Source: a virus
Strand: one strand, 5' to 3'
IMG/VR virus record: IMGVR_UViG_3300033182_000769
Coordinates: 32,001-96,000 of that record
DNA: 64,000 bases
Position numbers and translations under genes: made by a program. Below are positions 54,847 through 64,000 of the stretch, piece by piece. The stretch's first letter is position 1. Each line of letters starts with the position of its first letter. The notes under the pieces are model-generated. The model was not told where the DNA came from. It ran no database searches and was given only the letters and a program-made list of their open reading frames with translations.

Positions 54847-57800
54847 ATGGCAGAGTTTAAACTTGGAAGAATTAGATTTGTGTGGAAAGGTCCTTGGACC
54901 GGAGCCACAACTTACTACGTAGACGACGTTGTTCGTTACGGGGGTAAGACATTTATATGTGTTGACGGACACACGTCAGACGCCGACTTTAATGTTGACT
55001 TAAACTACAATCCAACTAAATGGAATCAAATGTCGGACGGTCATGAATGGAAAGGTCCTTGGCAGACAAACACATTTTATAAAATAAATGACGTGGTAAA
55101 ATATGGCGGTTTGTTATATATTGCAAATACTGCTCACACATCAGCATTGACAGATGCACTTGGCTTAGAAGCAAACCAAGCACACTGGACGCTTTATGCA
55201 GAAGGTCTCGAATGGAAAGGCAACTGGGCTACAAACACACGTTATAAATTAAATGACCAAGTACGCTATGGTGGTTATACTTACGTTTGTAACACAGGGC
55301 ATACTTCTGCTGTTACCACTGCCAATGGCTTAGAAGCAGATCAAGGTAAATGGGACTCATTTAACGAAGGTTTGCAATACAAAGGTGCATGGACTACTGC
55401 CACAAGATATAAATTAAATGATGTTGTTAAATACGGCTCATCAGTTTATATTTGTACAACCCCACATACTTCCGATGCATCAACCTTCTTAACAGATACT
55501 GCAAACTGGGCAGTTATGGTTGAAGGTGCCGAGTTTGAAACCACTGATTGGAGTGATGCAAGTGTAACTTACCAATTAGGTGATATTGTACGCTACGGTG
55601 GTAATCAGTACGTTTGTGTTCAATCACACGTTTCGGATTCTACTTCACCTGCTGCAGGTGGTGCAAATTGGACCGTAATGTCCTACGGCTTACGTTATCA
55701 AAACGACTGGGCTAATAATGTTTCATACAAACCAGGCGAAGTTGTAAGTGTAAATGGTTTAACTTATCTTGCTAAACAAGATTCGCCAACAACTACTATT
55801 ACAGTTACAGCGTCAAGCTCAGTTAACAACCGTTTAACTTATTCAGGAAGTACTGTTATTGCAGACGGTATGAGTATTCGCTTTACTGGTACTACGTTTG
55901 GCGGTATTATGTCAGGCGCAAAATACTATGTTAAACAGGTTATTTCACCAACCGAATTAACAATTACTACAGAGTTCGGCGGCGCTGTTAAAACATTAAC
56001 AACAGCATCGGGCTCAATGACTGGTACTTCATCGTTTGAACCACCACACGCAACTTACTGGACCGCATTAACACACGGCATGAAGTGGGCAGGTGAATGG
56101 ATGGATGACACCGAATATGAGATCGGTGACATTATTAGATTTGGATCTAATGCATACGTTTGTGTAGGTGGACACCGCTCAGAAGCAGACGACGGATCAT
56201 CTATTGGACCATTGGGCGGCGGCACAGCAAATTCTCGCCCAGACCAAGATGCAACTGGTGATTATTGGAACGTTCTTGCAATTGGTAACGAAACTGAGGT
56301 ATTAACTACACGTGGTGACATGGTTTACTACGGTGGTGCAGGTCCTACTCGTTTACCAGTAGGCATTGAAGGCCAAGTACTTGTTTCAGATGGCACAGAT
56401 CCAGTATGGACTTCATTAGGCCATGTAAATCATGTTTATTACGTTTCTCCATTAGGTAAGGATGGACACTATCCTGTTAACGGTGGAACTATTGACAGAC
56501 CGTGGAAAACTATTAGACACGCTTGTCAAGAAATTGAAAGAGGCTGTCGCAATCCAAACGCAGCAAAACTATTAGAAATGAACAGAGTATTCATTCAGCG
56601 AGAAGTGACTGAATGGATCCAATATCAAATTGCTAATGCTCCGGCTGGCGGCGATTGGGAAAACTTTGTATACGACGATTTCAAATGCGAAAGAGACACA
56701 GGCTTTATTGTTGATAGAGTTATCTGGGACTTAACGCATGGCGGTAACTTAAAAATGAGAGCTGCTGCCCAAACTTACTTAAATCAGTTAGCAAACGGTC
56801 CTTACTCAACAGAAGAGTTTGGCACAGGCGAATATACTAAGTTGAGTGAGCAAGGTGCACACGATGTTTTAGCATTTAACTATATGTTAGAGGTTGTTGC
56901 ATCGGTACTTGCTAATGAAGCACCTGCTACTGTATATCAAACAGTAAACGGTGACAACTCAACAGCAACAGTTGATCAGTGGATCAACACCGAGTATCAA
57001 GCAGAGAACGTAATGGCTGAGATTACGTCGTTGGTTGGTATTGTTACTACAGCATTAACAGACGGAACTATTCCTGCACGTTATGTTCCAAACGCAACAT
57101 TATATGTTAAAAGTGGAACATATCATGAAACATTACCAATCATTGTTCCCGCAGAAGTTGCACTTGTCGGTGATGAGACACGTTCAGTACACATTGCTCC
57201 GGCAGATAGTTTAGTAGATATTTCAGATGCTTATTATTCAAGTGCAAACTTAGATAGATTAGCAGAAGTTGTTTCAGATGTTGTACAAGGTAATGCGGTT
57301 ACTCCTACTACAGGTAACACTGAAGCACAACACATAGAGTGGCCATTTGGCGGCGCTGATCAAGCAGCAGTTGGTACCAAGTTAGCTCGTACTATGAAGT
57401 ACGATATGGATAATAGATTAAATCTTACACACAGTTTTGATTATCCTAATCCACCTGGATATAACTTCTCTTACATGGCCGGATACGGTGATGCAAGAGA
57501 GTTGTTAATGAAGAATAGAACATTCTTCAAACACGAAGTTAAGCAATATATTGATAACAATTACCCACTTCTAAAGTATAGCAGAACTAAGTGTCTACGA
57601 GATGTAGGACATATTACTGATGCAATTATGTATGATTTAACATACGGCGGTAACGCACAATCTGTTGTAGCAGGTTTGGCTTACTATGAAGGAGTTGGTA
57701 GCGATTTATATATCGATAGCACTGAAAAATTAGCAACCATTGCGTCATATGAATATTTAAGAAGCATGATGGAAGATGTAGTTGCTAATACTCCTATCGT

Positions 57801-60800
57801 TCCGTTGCAAACTGACGTAGTTCAATATACTGACGGCAACTTAGATGGTTCAAATGCAGTATCGTTTATCGGTGCAAACATCAATGAAATGATTGATATT
57901 GTTGATAACGGTCCGGGTGCAGTAACATTAACAGATCCAAGTACTACGTGGGTTGCTTCAGCGTTAACTACTGACAATTCGGCAATGAACGCAATTGTTG
58001 GCCAACTTCAAATTGATACAATTGATTATATCAATACTAACTTTGGCGACTTTACATATAACTCTGCACTATGTCGTAGAGATTCTCATTACATGGTACA
58101 AGCAGGTTACTGGGATGCAGCATTTGGTTCTAACTTCTGGGGTGTACAAAACGGTCTTGCATACCATCGTCCACAAGCAGATAAAGTTACATCTGAGCAA
58201 CGTGCTCAAGAGTTAGGTTCTGTTTTACACATTAAAGGAGAAGTTGCAACATCATTAACCGGTAATGCTACTGCAATTAGTAGAGCGAGAGCAACGTATG
58301 ATGAGATTGTTGATATCATTTCACATGGTGTTTCAAACGCAGATGCATTAGTGTTTACAGATACTGGCACAGCAAACTTTACAAACGCAAGAACTCAACT
58401 ACAAACAAACCGTCAGTTTATTATTGACGAAATGAGTGCTTGGATGAATACTAACCACAACGCAGTGTGGGTTGGCTTAGGCACCGAAGGACAAAATCTA
58501 TGTAAACGTGACGTTGGCTACACTGTTGACGCTTTATCATACGACGTTAACTACGGCGGCAACATGGCAACACGCAATGCTGCAAGAGCATTATTCAGCG
58601 CAATTACTGGATTATCTGTTTATCCAGATGCAGCGATGAAAACTGCTGCTGCTGCAATGTACACACAATTAGGCAGTGTATGTAGTGACGTTGTTCAAGA
58701 GTTGTATGCAGGTCAGGATACTTCAGGTACTGCTGCTTCGGCAACTGAAGGCGCAAGAATGGTAACACTTGCTGGCAACATTAACGCAGTTATTGTTGCT
58801 GATACTATTAGTGGTCTTGTTGCAGAAAGCACTCCAAGCATTACTTGGGTTGATGCCGGCATTCAAACAGTACTTGGTACACTTGCTACAGACGAAGATG
58901 CTATTGTTGCAAGTACACTACAATATATTACTGATAACTTTAGCAGTTTAAAATATAACCATGCTAAGTGTTCAAGAGATATCGCTACAATTGTTAAGGC
59001 AGTTGGTTACGATATGATGTTTAATTCTAACTTCCAGACACTTAAATCAGGTTATGCTTATTTGAGATCAAGTGCAAACGAAGTATTCAGTTTAGGTCAA
59101 AAGACAGTTACTCGCAGAGCATTAGACTTTGTACGTGATGCAGTACTTGCTGAATGTAGTGATTCTACTGCAATTGCAAGAGTAACAAACTTAATGTTAA
59201 CATTAGATGATGTCATCTACAGCGGTAGTACAGAAGGTCAAGTTTGTCAAACTGAAGACCGCAATGTTGATTGGGCTATTTTGCAATTAGAACGTAACAG
59301 AGACTTTATTGTTGAAGAAGTTCGTGCATGGATGGAATACAACTTTGTTGATTTTGATACATATTACGATTCAGTAACTTGCTCACGTGACGTAGGCATG
59401 ATTATTGATGCTGTAAGTAATGATTTAATTACAGGCTCTAATTTCCCTTCAAGTGTAGCAGGAATGGCTTACTACAGAGCAAATGCTTCTGTTGTTACAA
59501 GCGGACAAATGATGCAGACTGTAGATGTTATGCATCAAGTTAGAGATGCTGGCTTGAGAGTTGTTACAGATCCAACATTGTACACAGCAGTTGAAGCATC
59601 ATTTGACAACATTATTAACATTTTGGAAAACGGAATGAGCGCAGTACCTGCTTATACATTCCCAGATAACGGCACAAGTACTGCTTATGATAGTACTACC
59701 GCTGCTGATTTCCAAACAAACAGAGCAACTTACATTTCAAACTTAACATCTTGGATTACAACTACGTATCCAGCGTTAACTTATGATACTGCTAAGTGTG
59801 AGCGTGATGTTGGATATATTGTTGATGCAGCAACATTTGATATTTTATATGGTGGTAATTATCAATCAGTAATCGCAGGCGATGCTTACTATTCATTTGG
59901 TACTTTACAATTAGGCGCAAGCGAGAAAACAGAAACTATTGCAGCGTACGGACAATTGAAATCATACTTAGTTGCAGATGCTGATCCAAGCTCACAAGCA
60001 GCAGTTGGCAGCAACATGGACGATGTTATTGCTATTGTCACTAACGGTGCAGGAACAGTTGCTACAACAATGCCAGTAGCAACAGGTGAAACTGCTGCTA
60101 TACAAGCAACATACTCTGCAATGCAAAGTGCAAAAGCAACTGTTCAAAGTAATATGACACAGTATATTACTGATACGTACAGTTCATATGTTTATAATCA
60201 AGCATTCTGCTTACGAGATGTAGGTTATATGATTGACGCTATGAAGTGGGATATGCGTTACGGTAGTAACTACGAATCACTTAAAGCAACTCAATTGTAT
60301 GCAAATGCAGTATTAGGAAACAAAGAAGAGAATATGTTCTTGTTACGCAACGGTACTGGTTTACGTAACTTAACACTTGAAGGATTGAGTGGAGACGTTA
60401 CTCCTGAAAACGAATACGGAACAAGCCGTGTTACAGCAGGTGCGTATGCATCACTTGATCCGGGTTGGGGACCAGATGACTTCCGTACTTGGATTATTCA
60501 TCGTTCTCCATACGTACAAAACGTTTGTACATTTGGTCATGCAGCAGTTGGTCAGAAGATTGACGGCTCGTTACACGCAGGAGGTTATGACTCTATTGTA
60601 TCAAACGACTTCACTCAGTTAATTAGTGACGGTATTGGTGCATGGGTTACTAACAACGGTAGAGCAGAGCTTGTATCTGTATTCACATACTACTCATACA
60701 TTGGTTACCTTGCAGAAAATGGTGGTAAGATCCGTGGCACAAACGGTAACAACTCTTATGGTCATTTTGGTTCAGTAGCAGAAGGCTTTGATAGCACAGA

Positions 60801-63579
60801 AGTTCCAGGAACTGGCTTAGTTGATAACCATAACTTTGCAGCAGTGGTCGGTGCAACATTTACTGATAGTGCGCAAGAAATCTTCCACGCAGAATTTGAT
60901 AATGCTGGTAACGAGTATACTGAAGCAACATGGATTGTGTCAGGCGCAGGCGCATACGGCGCAGCAGAGCAAGACGAATTCCGTGATGATGCAGTATTTG
61001 AAGTACGCTTATTAGATAACGTAGACGATTCAACAAATGCTCCAGAAGCAGACGGCAACTTCGGCGGATTTGGTTACATCACTAATAGTAACACAGCACA
61101 AGGTGGTACAAGTACTCAAATTACAATTGCTGCTACAGACGGTGAGATTAGTTCTGCTTATCCGGGTATGAAACTATACTTAGATGGCGGTACAGGTGCT
61201 GGACAGTTTGGTATTATTGATACATATAACTCAGGTACTAAAGTAGCAACTATTATTAAAGAAACTACAGGTGCACCAGGATGGGATCACGTTATTCCAG
61301 GTACTCCAATTGTATCTCCAGATGCTTCTACAACATACACTATTGAACCAAGAGCAGAATTTACTGCCCCAGGATTTGCATCTACTGCAACAACTGTTCC
61401 AAGTGGAACTTATGTTTCAGCGATATACGGTGACACAGCATTAGCCTATGCTGATGTTGAAGGTGTAACTAATGGCGGCGGCGAATTAGCAACATTCTTA
61501 GTATATAGAAACGGCTCAAAATACGATGTTGAAATTATCAACGCAGGATCCGGCTATCAAATAAATGACTCGATTGTAATTTCGGGTGCAGATGTTGGTG
61601 GTGTTGATGCAGTTAACGATATTACTATTAAAGTGCTTTCAGTTAATTCTGCAACAGGCGCAATAACTGTAATTGACTTCACAGGCTATGGCCCAGGTGG
61701 ACGCTATGTTGCTATCCAGGCCGGTTCAGCAGCAGGCGCAACATCAGAAGACGGTATTACTTGGACAGCACAAGCATCGCTAATGCCAACTACAGATACT
61801 TGGTCAGATCTTGCATGGGGATCATTTGAAGACGGATCAACATTCGGTGAAACAAATAGATTCGTTGCAGTTGCATCAGGTAATGATGTTGCTGCTTACT
61901 CAGAGACAGGAACAGCGTTTAATGTTTCAACAATGCCAATTACAGCGGCATGGTGTAGTGTAACATTTGGCGAAGGAAAGTTCCTTGCTATTGCAAGTGA
62001 TAGCACTACTGTTGCTATTTCATACGATGGTGAAGTTTGGGACGTAACTGGCACACTTAATTCAACAGGATTTACAAGTGTAACTTACGGACAAGGCGTG
62101 TTTGTTGCAATTAAATCGGGTGCAACTACTGCGTCTTACTCAACAGATGGTATTACTTGGACAGATTCAACTGCTGGATTGCCAGCAAGTTCTAACTGGA
62201 GTAGCATTGCATACGGTAACAACAGATTTGTTGCAGTTTCTGCTACAAGCGGAACAGCAGCAGCATACAGTGTTGACATGGGTGAGACATGGTACTCAAG
62301 TACATTACCTGCTACAGCAACATGGAATAGAGTTGTATACGGACAAGGTGTGTTTATGGCAGTAACAGGAAGTACACAAGCAGCATCGTCAGAAGATGGT
62401 GTAGTTTGGACTTCACGTACATTAAGTACTTCTGCAAGTGGTTACGATGCAATTGCATTTGGTAATCCAAACCATTATGGCTTGTTTGCAGGTATTCAAG
62501 ATGGCGCAGGAACTGTTGCAACATACATTAGAACTGGTGCTACAACAAGAGCTCGTGTATATGTTTCGCAGAATAAGATCTACTCAATTAAGTTAATTGA
62601 ACCAGGTTCGGGTTATGCAAGCACACCAACAATGACAATTACTGATCCTAACAATATCTACGAAGCACCGTTTACAGTAAGAACAGGCTGGGGCGTATTA
62701 GGTAACCCAAGTTGGAAGAACAGAGGAACTGGATACGTATCGGCAGGTATGGATATTGACACCGGCGACGGATATGCAAACTTCTACCAAAACGGTAGTT
62801 ACATTTCCGTTAAAGATATGTCTAAATTCCCAGTTCCGGGCTCAAACGTTGTATTTGGACACTTACCAAATACAACATATAAACTTGTAAACGTTCTAAC
62901 ACAACTTGGTTCAGAACCAGGAAGTTACAGAGCATTCTTCCAAGTTGCTCCGGATATGACTGTTTACAGTTCACCGGAACACGAAGTATCTGTAACAACA
63001 CGAATTCGTTACTCACAAGTACGTCTAACTGGACACGACTTCCTCGATGTTGGTACTGGTAACTTTGACCAGGCTAACTATCCTGAAGGTCCACCAGAAA
63101 TTGAACCTAACCAGTACAACGAAACAGTTAACACAAATGGCGGACGTGTGTTCTACACAAGTACTGACCAAGATGGTAACTTCAGAGTTGGCGAATTGTT
63201 CACAATTGAACAGTCCACTGGTGTTGCAACGTTGAACGCAGATGCATTTAACATTGCAGGCTTGTCAGAATTGACACTTGGCGAAGTATCGTTGGGTGGC
63301 GGCTCTGCTGCTATTAATGAGTTCTCAACGGATCCGTTCTTCACTGCAAACAGTGATAACATTGTTCCTACACAGAGAGCAATCAAAGCGTATATTGCAT
63401 CACAAATTGGTGGCGGTGGTGCATCATTGAACGTAAATAGCGTTACCGCAGGTTTCATTTACATTGCGGGACAACAGATCACTACTACAACAGGTGGAAC
63501 GATCCAAATGAAGGCTACTTTAGATTTCCAAGGCGGCGTAACAGGTTACCCGATGGCTTGGAACTTCTACTTTAACTAA
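54847..63579 (+). CDS. Giant fibre/appendage protein (2910 aa), paralog of ORF 49164 with an expanded array of helical CxRD repeats
   Basis: Same N-terminus (MAEFKLGRIRFVWKG vs MAEFKISRIRYTWKG), same domain order and same C-terminal YSQVRxTGHDFLDVGTGNF / GGRVFYTSTDQDGNFR motifs. Confidence 0.78.
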   Translation: MAEFKLGRIRFVWKGPWTGATTYYVDDVVRYGGKTFICVDGHTSDADFNVDLNYNPTKWNQMSDGHEWKGPWQTNTFYKINDVVKYGGLLYIANTAHTSALTDALGLEANQAHWTLYAEGLEWKGNWATNTRYKLNDQVRYGGYTYVCNTGHTSAVTTANGLEADQGKWDSFNEGLQYKGAWTTATRYKLNDVVKYGSSVYICTTPHTSDASTFLTDTANWAVMVEGAEFETTDWSDASVTYQLGDIVRYGGNQYVCVQSHVSDSTSPAAGGANWTVMSYGLRYQNDWANNVSYKPGEVVSVNGLTYLAKQDSPTTTITVTASSSVNNRLTYSGSTVIADGMSIRFTGTTFGGIMSGAKYYVKQVISPTELTITTEFGGAVKTLTTASGSMTGTSSFEPPHATYWTALTHGMKWAGEWMDDTEYEIGDIIRFGSNAYVCVGGHRSEADDGSSIGPLGGGTANSRPDQDATGDYWNVLAIGNETEVLTTRGDMVYYGGAGPTRLPVGIEGQVLVSDGTDPVWTSLGHVNHVYYVSPLGKDGHYPVNGGTIDRPWKTIRHACQEIERGCRNPNAAKLLEMNRVFIQREVTEWIQYQIANAPAGGDWENFVYDDFKCERDTGFIVDRVIWDLTHGGNLKMRAAAQTYLNQLANGPYSTEEFGTGEYTKLSEQGAHDVLAFNYMLEVVASVLANEAPATVYQTVNGDNSTATVDQWINTEYQAENVMAEITSLVGIVTTALTDGTIPARYVPNATLYVKSGTYHETLPIIVPAEVALVGDETRSVHIAPADSLVDISDAYYSSANLDRLAEVVSDVVQGNAVTPTTGNTEAQHIEWPFGGADQAAVGTKLARTMKYDMDNRLNLTHSFDYPNPPGYNFSYMAGYGDARELLMKNRTFFKHEVKQYIDNNYPLLKYSRTKCLRDVGHITDAIMYDLTYGGNAQSVVAGLAYYEGVGSDLYIDSTEKLATIASYEYLRSMMEDVVANTPIVPLQTDVVQYTDGNLDGSNAVSFIGANINEMIDIVDNGPGAVTLTDPSTTWVASALTTDNSAMNAIVGQLQIDTIDYINTNFGDFTYNSALCRRDSHYMVQAGYWDAAFGSNFWGVQNGLAYHRPQADKVTSEQRAQELGSVLHIKGEVATSLTGNATAISRARATYDEIVDIISHGVSNADALVFTDTGTANFTNARTQLQTNRQFIIDEMSAWMNTNHNAVWVGLGTEGQNLCKRDVGYTVDALSYDVNYGGNMATRNAARALFSAITGLSVYPDAAMKTAAAAMYTQLGSVCSDVVQELYAGQDTSGTAASATEGARMVTLAGNINAVIVADTISGLVAESTPSITWVDAGIQTVLGTLATDEDAIVASTLQYITDNFSSLKYNHAKCSRDIATIVKAVGYDMMFNSNFQTLKSGYAYLRSSANEVFSLGQKTVTRRALDFVRDAVLAECSDSTAIARVTNLMLTLDDVIYSGSTEGQVCQTEDRNVDWAILQLERNRDFIVEEVRAWMEYNFVDFDTYYDSVTCSRDVGMIIDAVSNDLITGSNFPSSVAGMAYYRANASVVTSGQMMQTVDVMHQVRDAGLRVVTDPTLYTAVEASFDNIINILENGMSAVPAYTFPDNGTSTAYDSTTAADFQTNRATYISNLTSWITTTYPALTYDTAKCERDVGYIVDAATFDILYGGNYQSVIAGDAYYSFGTLQLGASEKTETIAAYGQLKSYLVADADPSSQAAVGSNMDDVIAIVTNGAGTVATTMPVATGETAAIQATYSAMQSAKATVQSNMTQYITDTYSSYVYNQAFCLRDVGYMIDAMKWDMRYGSNYESLKATQLYANAVLGNKEENMFLLRNGTGLRNLTLEGLSGDVTPENEYGTSRVTAGAYASLDPGWGPDDFRTWIIHRSPYVQNVCTFGHAAVGQKIDGSLHAGGYDSIVSNDFTQLISDGIGAWVTNNGRAELVSVFTYYSYIGYLAENGGKIRGTNGNNSYGHFGSVAEGFDSTEVPGTGLVDNHNFAAVVGATFTDSAQEIFHAEFDNAGNEYTEATWIVSGAGAYGAAEQDEFRDDAVFEVRLLDNVDDSTNAPEADGNFGGFGYITNSNTAQGGTSTQITIAATDGEISSAYPGMKLYLDGGTGAGQFGIIDTYNSGTKVATIIKETTGAPGWDHVIPGTPIVSPDASTTYTIEPRAEFTAPGFASTATTVPSGTYVSAIYGDTALAYADVEGVTNGGGELATFLVYRNGSKYDVEIINAGSGYQINDSIVISGADVGGVDAVNDITIKVLSVNSATGAITVIDFTGYGPGGRYVAIQAGSAAGATSEDGITWTAQASLMPTTDTWSDLAWGSFEDGSTFGETNRFVAVASGNDVAAYSETGTAFNVSTMPITAAWCSVTFGEGKFLAIASDSTTVAISYDGEVWDVTGTLNSTGFTSVTYGQGVFVAIKSGATTASYSTDGITWTDSTAGLPASSNWSSIAYGNNRFVAVSATSGTAAAYSVDMGETWYSSTLPATATWNRVVYGQGVFMAVTGSTQAASSEDGVVWTSRTLSTSASGYDAIAFGNPNHYGLFAGIQDGAGTVATYIRTGATTRARVYVSQNKIYSIKLIEPGSGYASTPTMTITDPNNIYEAPFTVRTGWGVLGNPSWKNRGTGYVSAGMDIDTGDGYANFYQNGSYISVKDMSKFPVPGSNVVFGHLPNTTYKLVNVLTQLGSEPGSYRAFFQVAPDMTVYSSPEHEVSVTTRIRYSQVRLTGHDFLDVGTGNFDQANYPEGPPEIEPNQYNETVNTNGGRVFYTSTDQDGNFRVGELFTIEQSTGVATLNADAFNIAGLSELTLGEVSLGGGSAAINEFSTDPFFTANSDNIVPTQRAIKAYIASQIGGGGASLNVNSVTAGFIYIAGQQITTTTGGTIQMKATLDFQGGVTGYPMAWNFYFN

Positions 63580-63600
63580 ATACTAATGGAGAAATAGAAA

Positions 63601-63921
63601 ATGGCAACAGGTAGATTAGGAACAGGAGACTTATCAGTAGGTACAGATACCGTACTTTATTCGGCTCCGTTAGACACTTTTACTGTGGCAACAGTAAACT
63701 TGTGTAACAGAGGTACGTCGGCTGCTACAGTTAGAATTGCAGTAACAACAAGCCCAAACCCAACGAACGACGAGTTTATTGAGTACGATACTTCGTTACT
63801 TGCGAAAGGTATCTTAGAAAGAACCGGTATTGTATTAACATACGGTCAACACATTGTGGTTAGAGCTAACTCAGCAGGCGTGGCGGCAGTATGTTACGGT
63901 ATCGAAACATCAACAGTATAA
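63601..63921 (+). CDS. Small beta-rich virion protein (paralog family)
   Basis: ATVNLCNRG...IEYDTSLLAKGILERTGIVL. TAAATA at 63577-63582 and GGAG upstream. Confidence 0.62.
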   Translation: MATGRLGTGDLSVGTDTVLYSAPLDTFTVATVNLCNRGTSAATVRIAVTTSPNPTNDEFIEYDTSLLAKGILERTGIVLTYGQHIVVRANSAGVAAVCYGIETSTV

Positions 63922-63936
63922 TAGGAATTTAGAACC

Positions 63937-64000
63937 ATGGGACGATTAGTAAAAACATCATTATCTGGCAACGAAATTACTATTGACGTTATTAATAACC
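63937..64000 (+). CDS. 5' fragment of the next ORF (MGRLVKTSLSGNEITIDVINN...)
   Basis: ATG after an AGGA RBS, open to the window end. Confidence 0.5.
   Translation, partial: MGRLVKTSLSGNEITIDVINN

Noticed and set aside
54201-63182. Diversity-generating retroelement TR/VR pair
   Set aside because: The similar tracts are short, lie inside two paralogous coding regions and differ at synonymous positions without adenine bias. There is no reverse transcriptase in the window.

Overview
A 64 kb, AT-rich segment of a T4-like (contractile-tailed) dsDNA phage genome, almost all virion-morphogenesis genes. The left ~23.5 kb is a minus-strand baseplate module: gp48/54-like, gp53, a hub protein, gp5 without lysozyme, gp25, gp6, and a giant ORF of over 4,569 codons that runs off the window and is missing from the ORF track. 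Next on the plus strand are the late sigma factor gp55, gp47/gp46 (Mre11/Rad50), an Hc1-like protein and a GIY-YIG nuclease. These are followed by a ~560 nt non-coding, heavily base-paired region. The rest comprises two putative internal head proteins, an inverted gp26/gp51-like pair, the tape measure, the head cluster (gp20, gp21, gp22, gp23) and a long fibre/appendage cluster ending in paralogous 1878 aa and 2910 aa proteins. The most notable signals are: (1) the candidate large ncRNA, with a pseudoknot, directly after the GIY-YIG gene; (2) a slippery heptamer plus hairpin predicting a -1 frameshift that fuses the gp26-like and gp51-like ORFs; (3) eight repeats with an invariant phycobiliprotein-like C-x-R-D motif in the 2910 aa fibre; (4) two compact structured 5' leaders behind late promoters. 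All gene calls come from motif recognition and synteny by eye; no searches were run.
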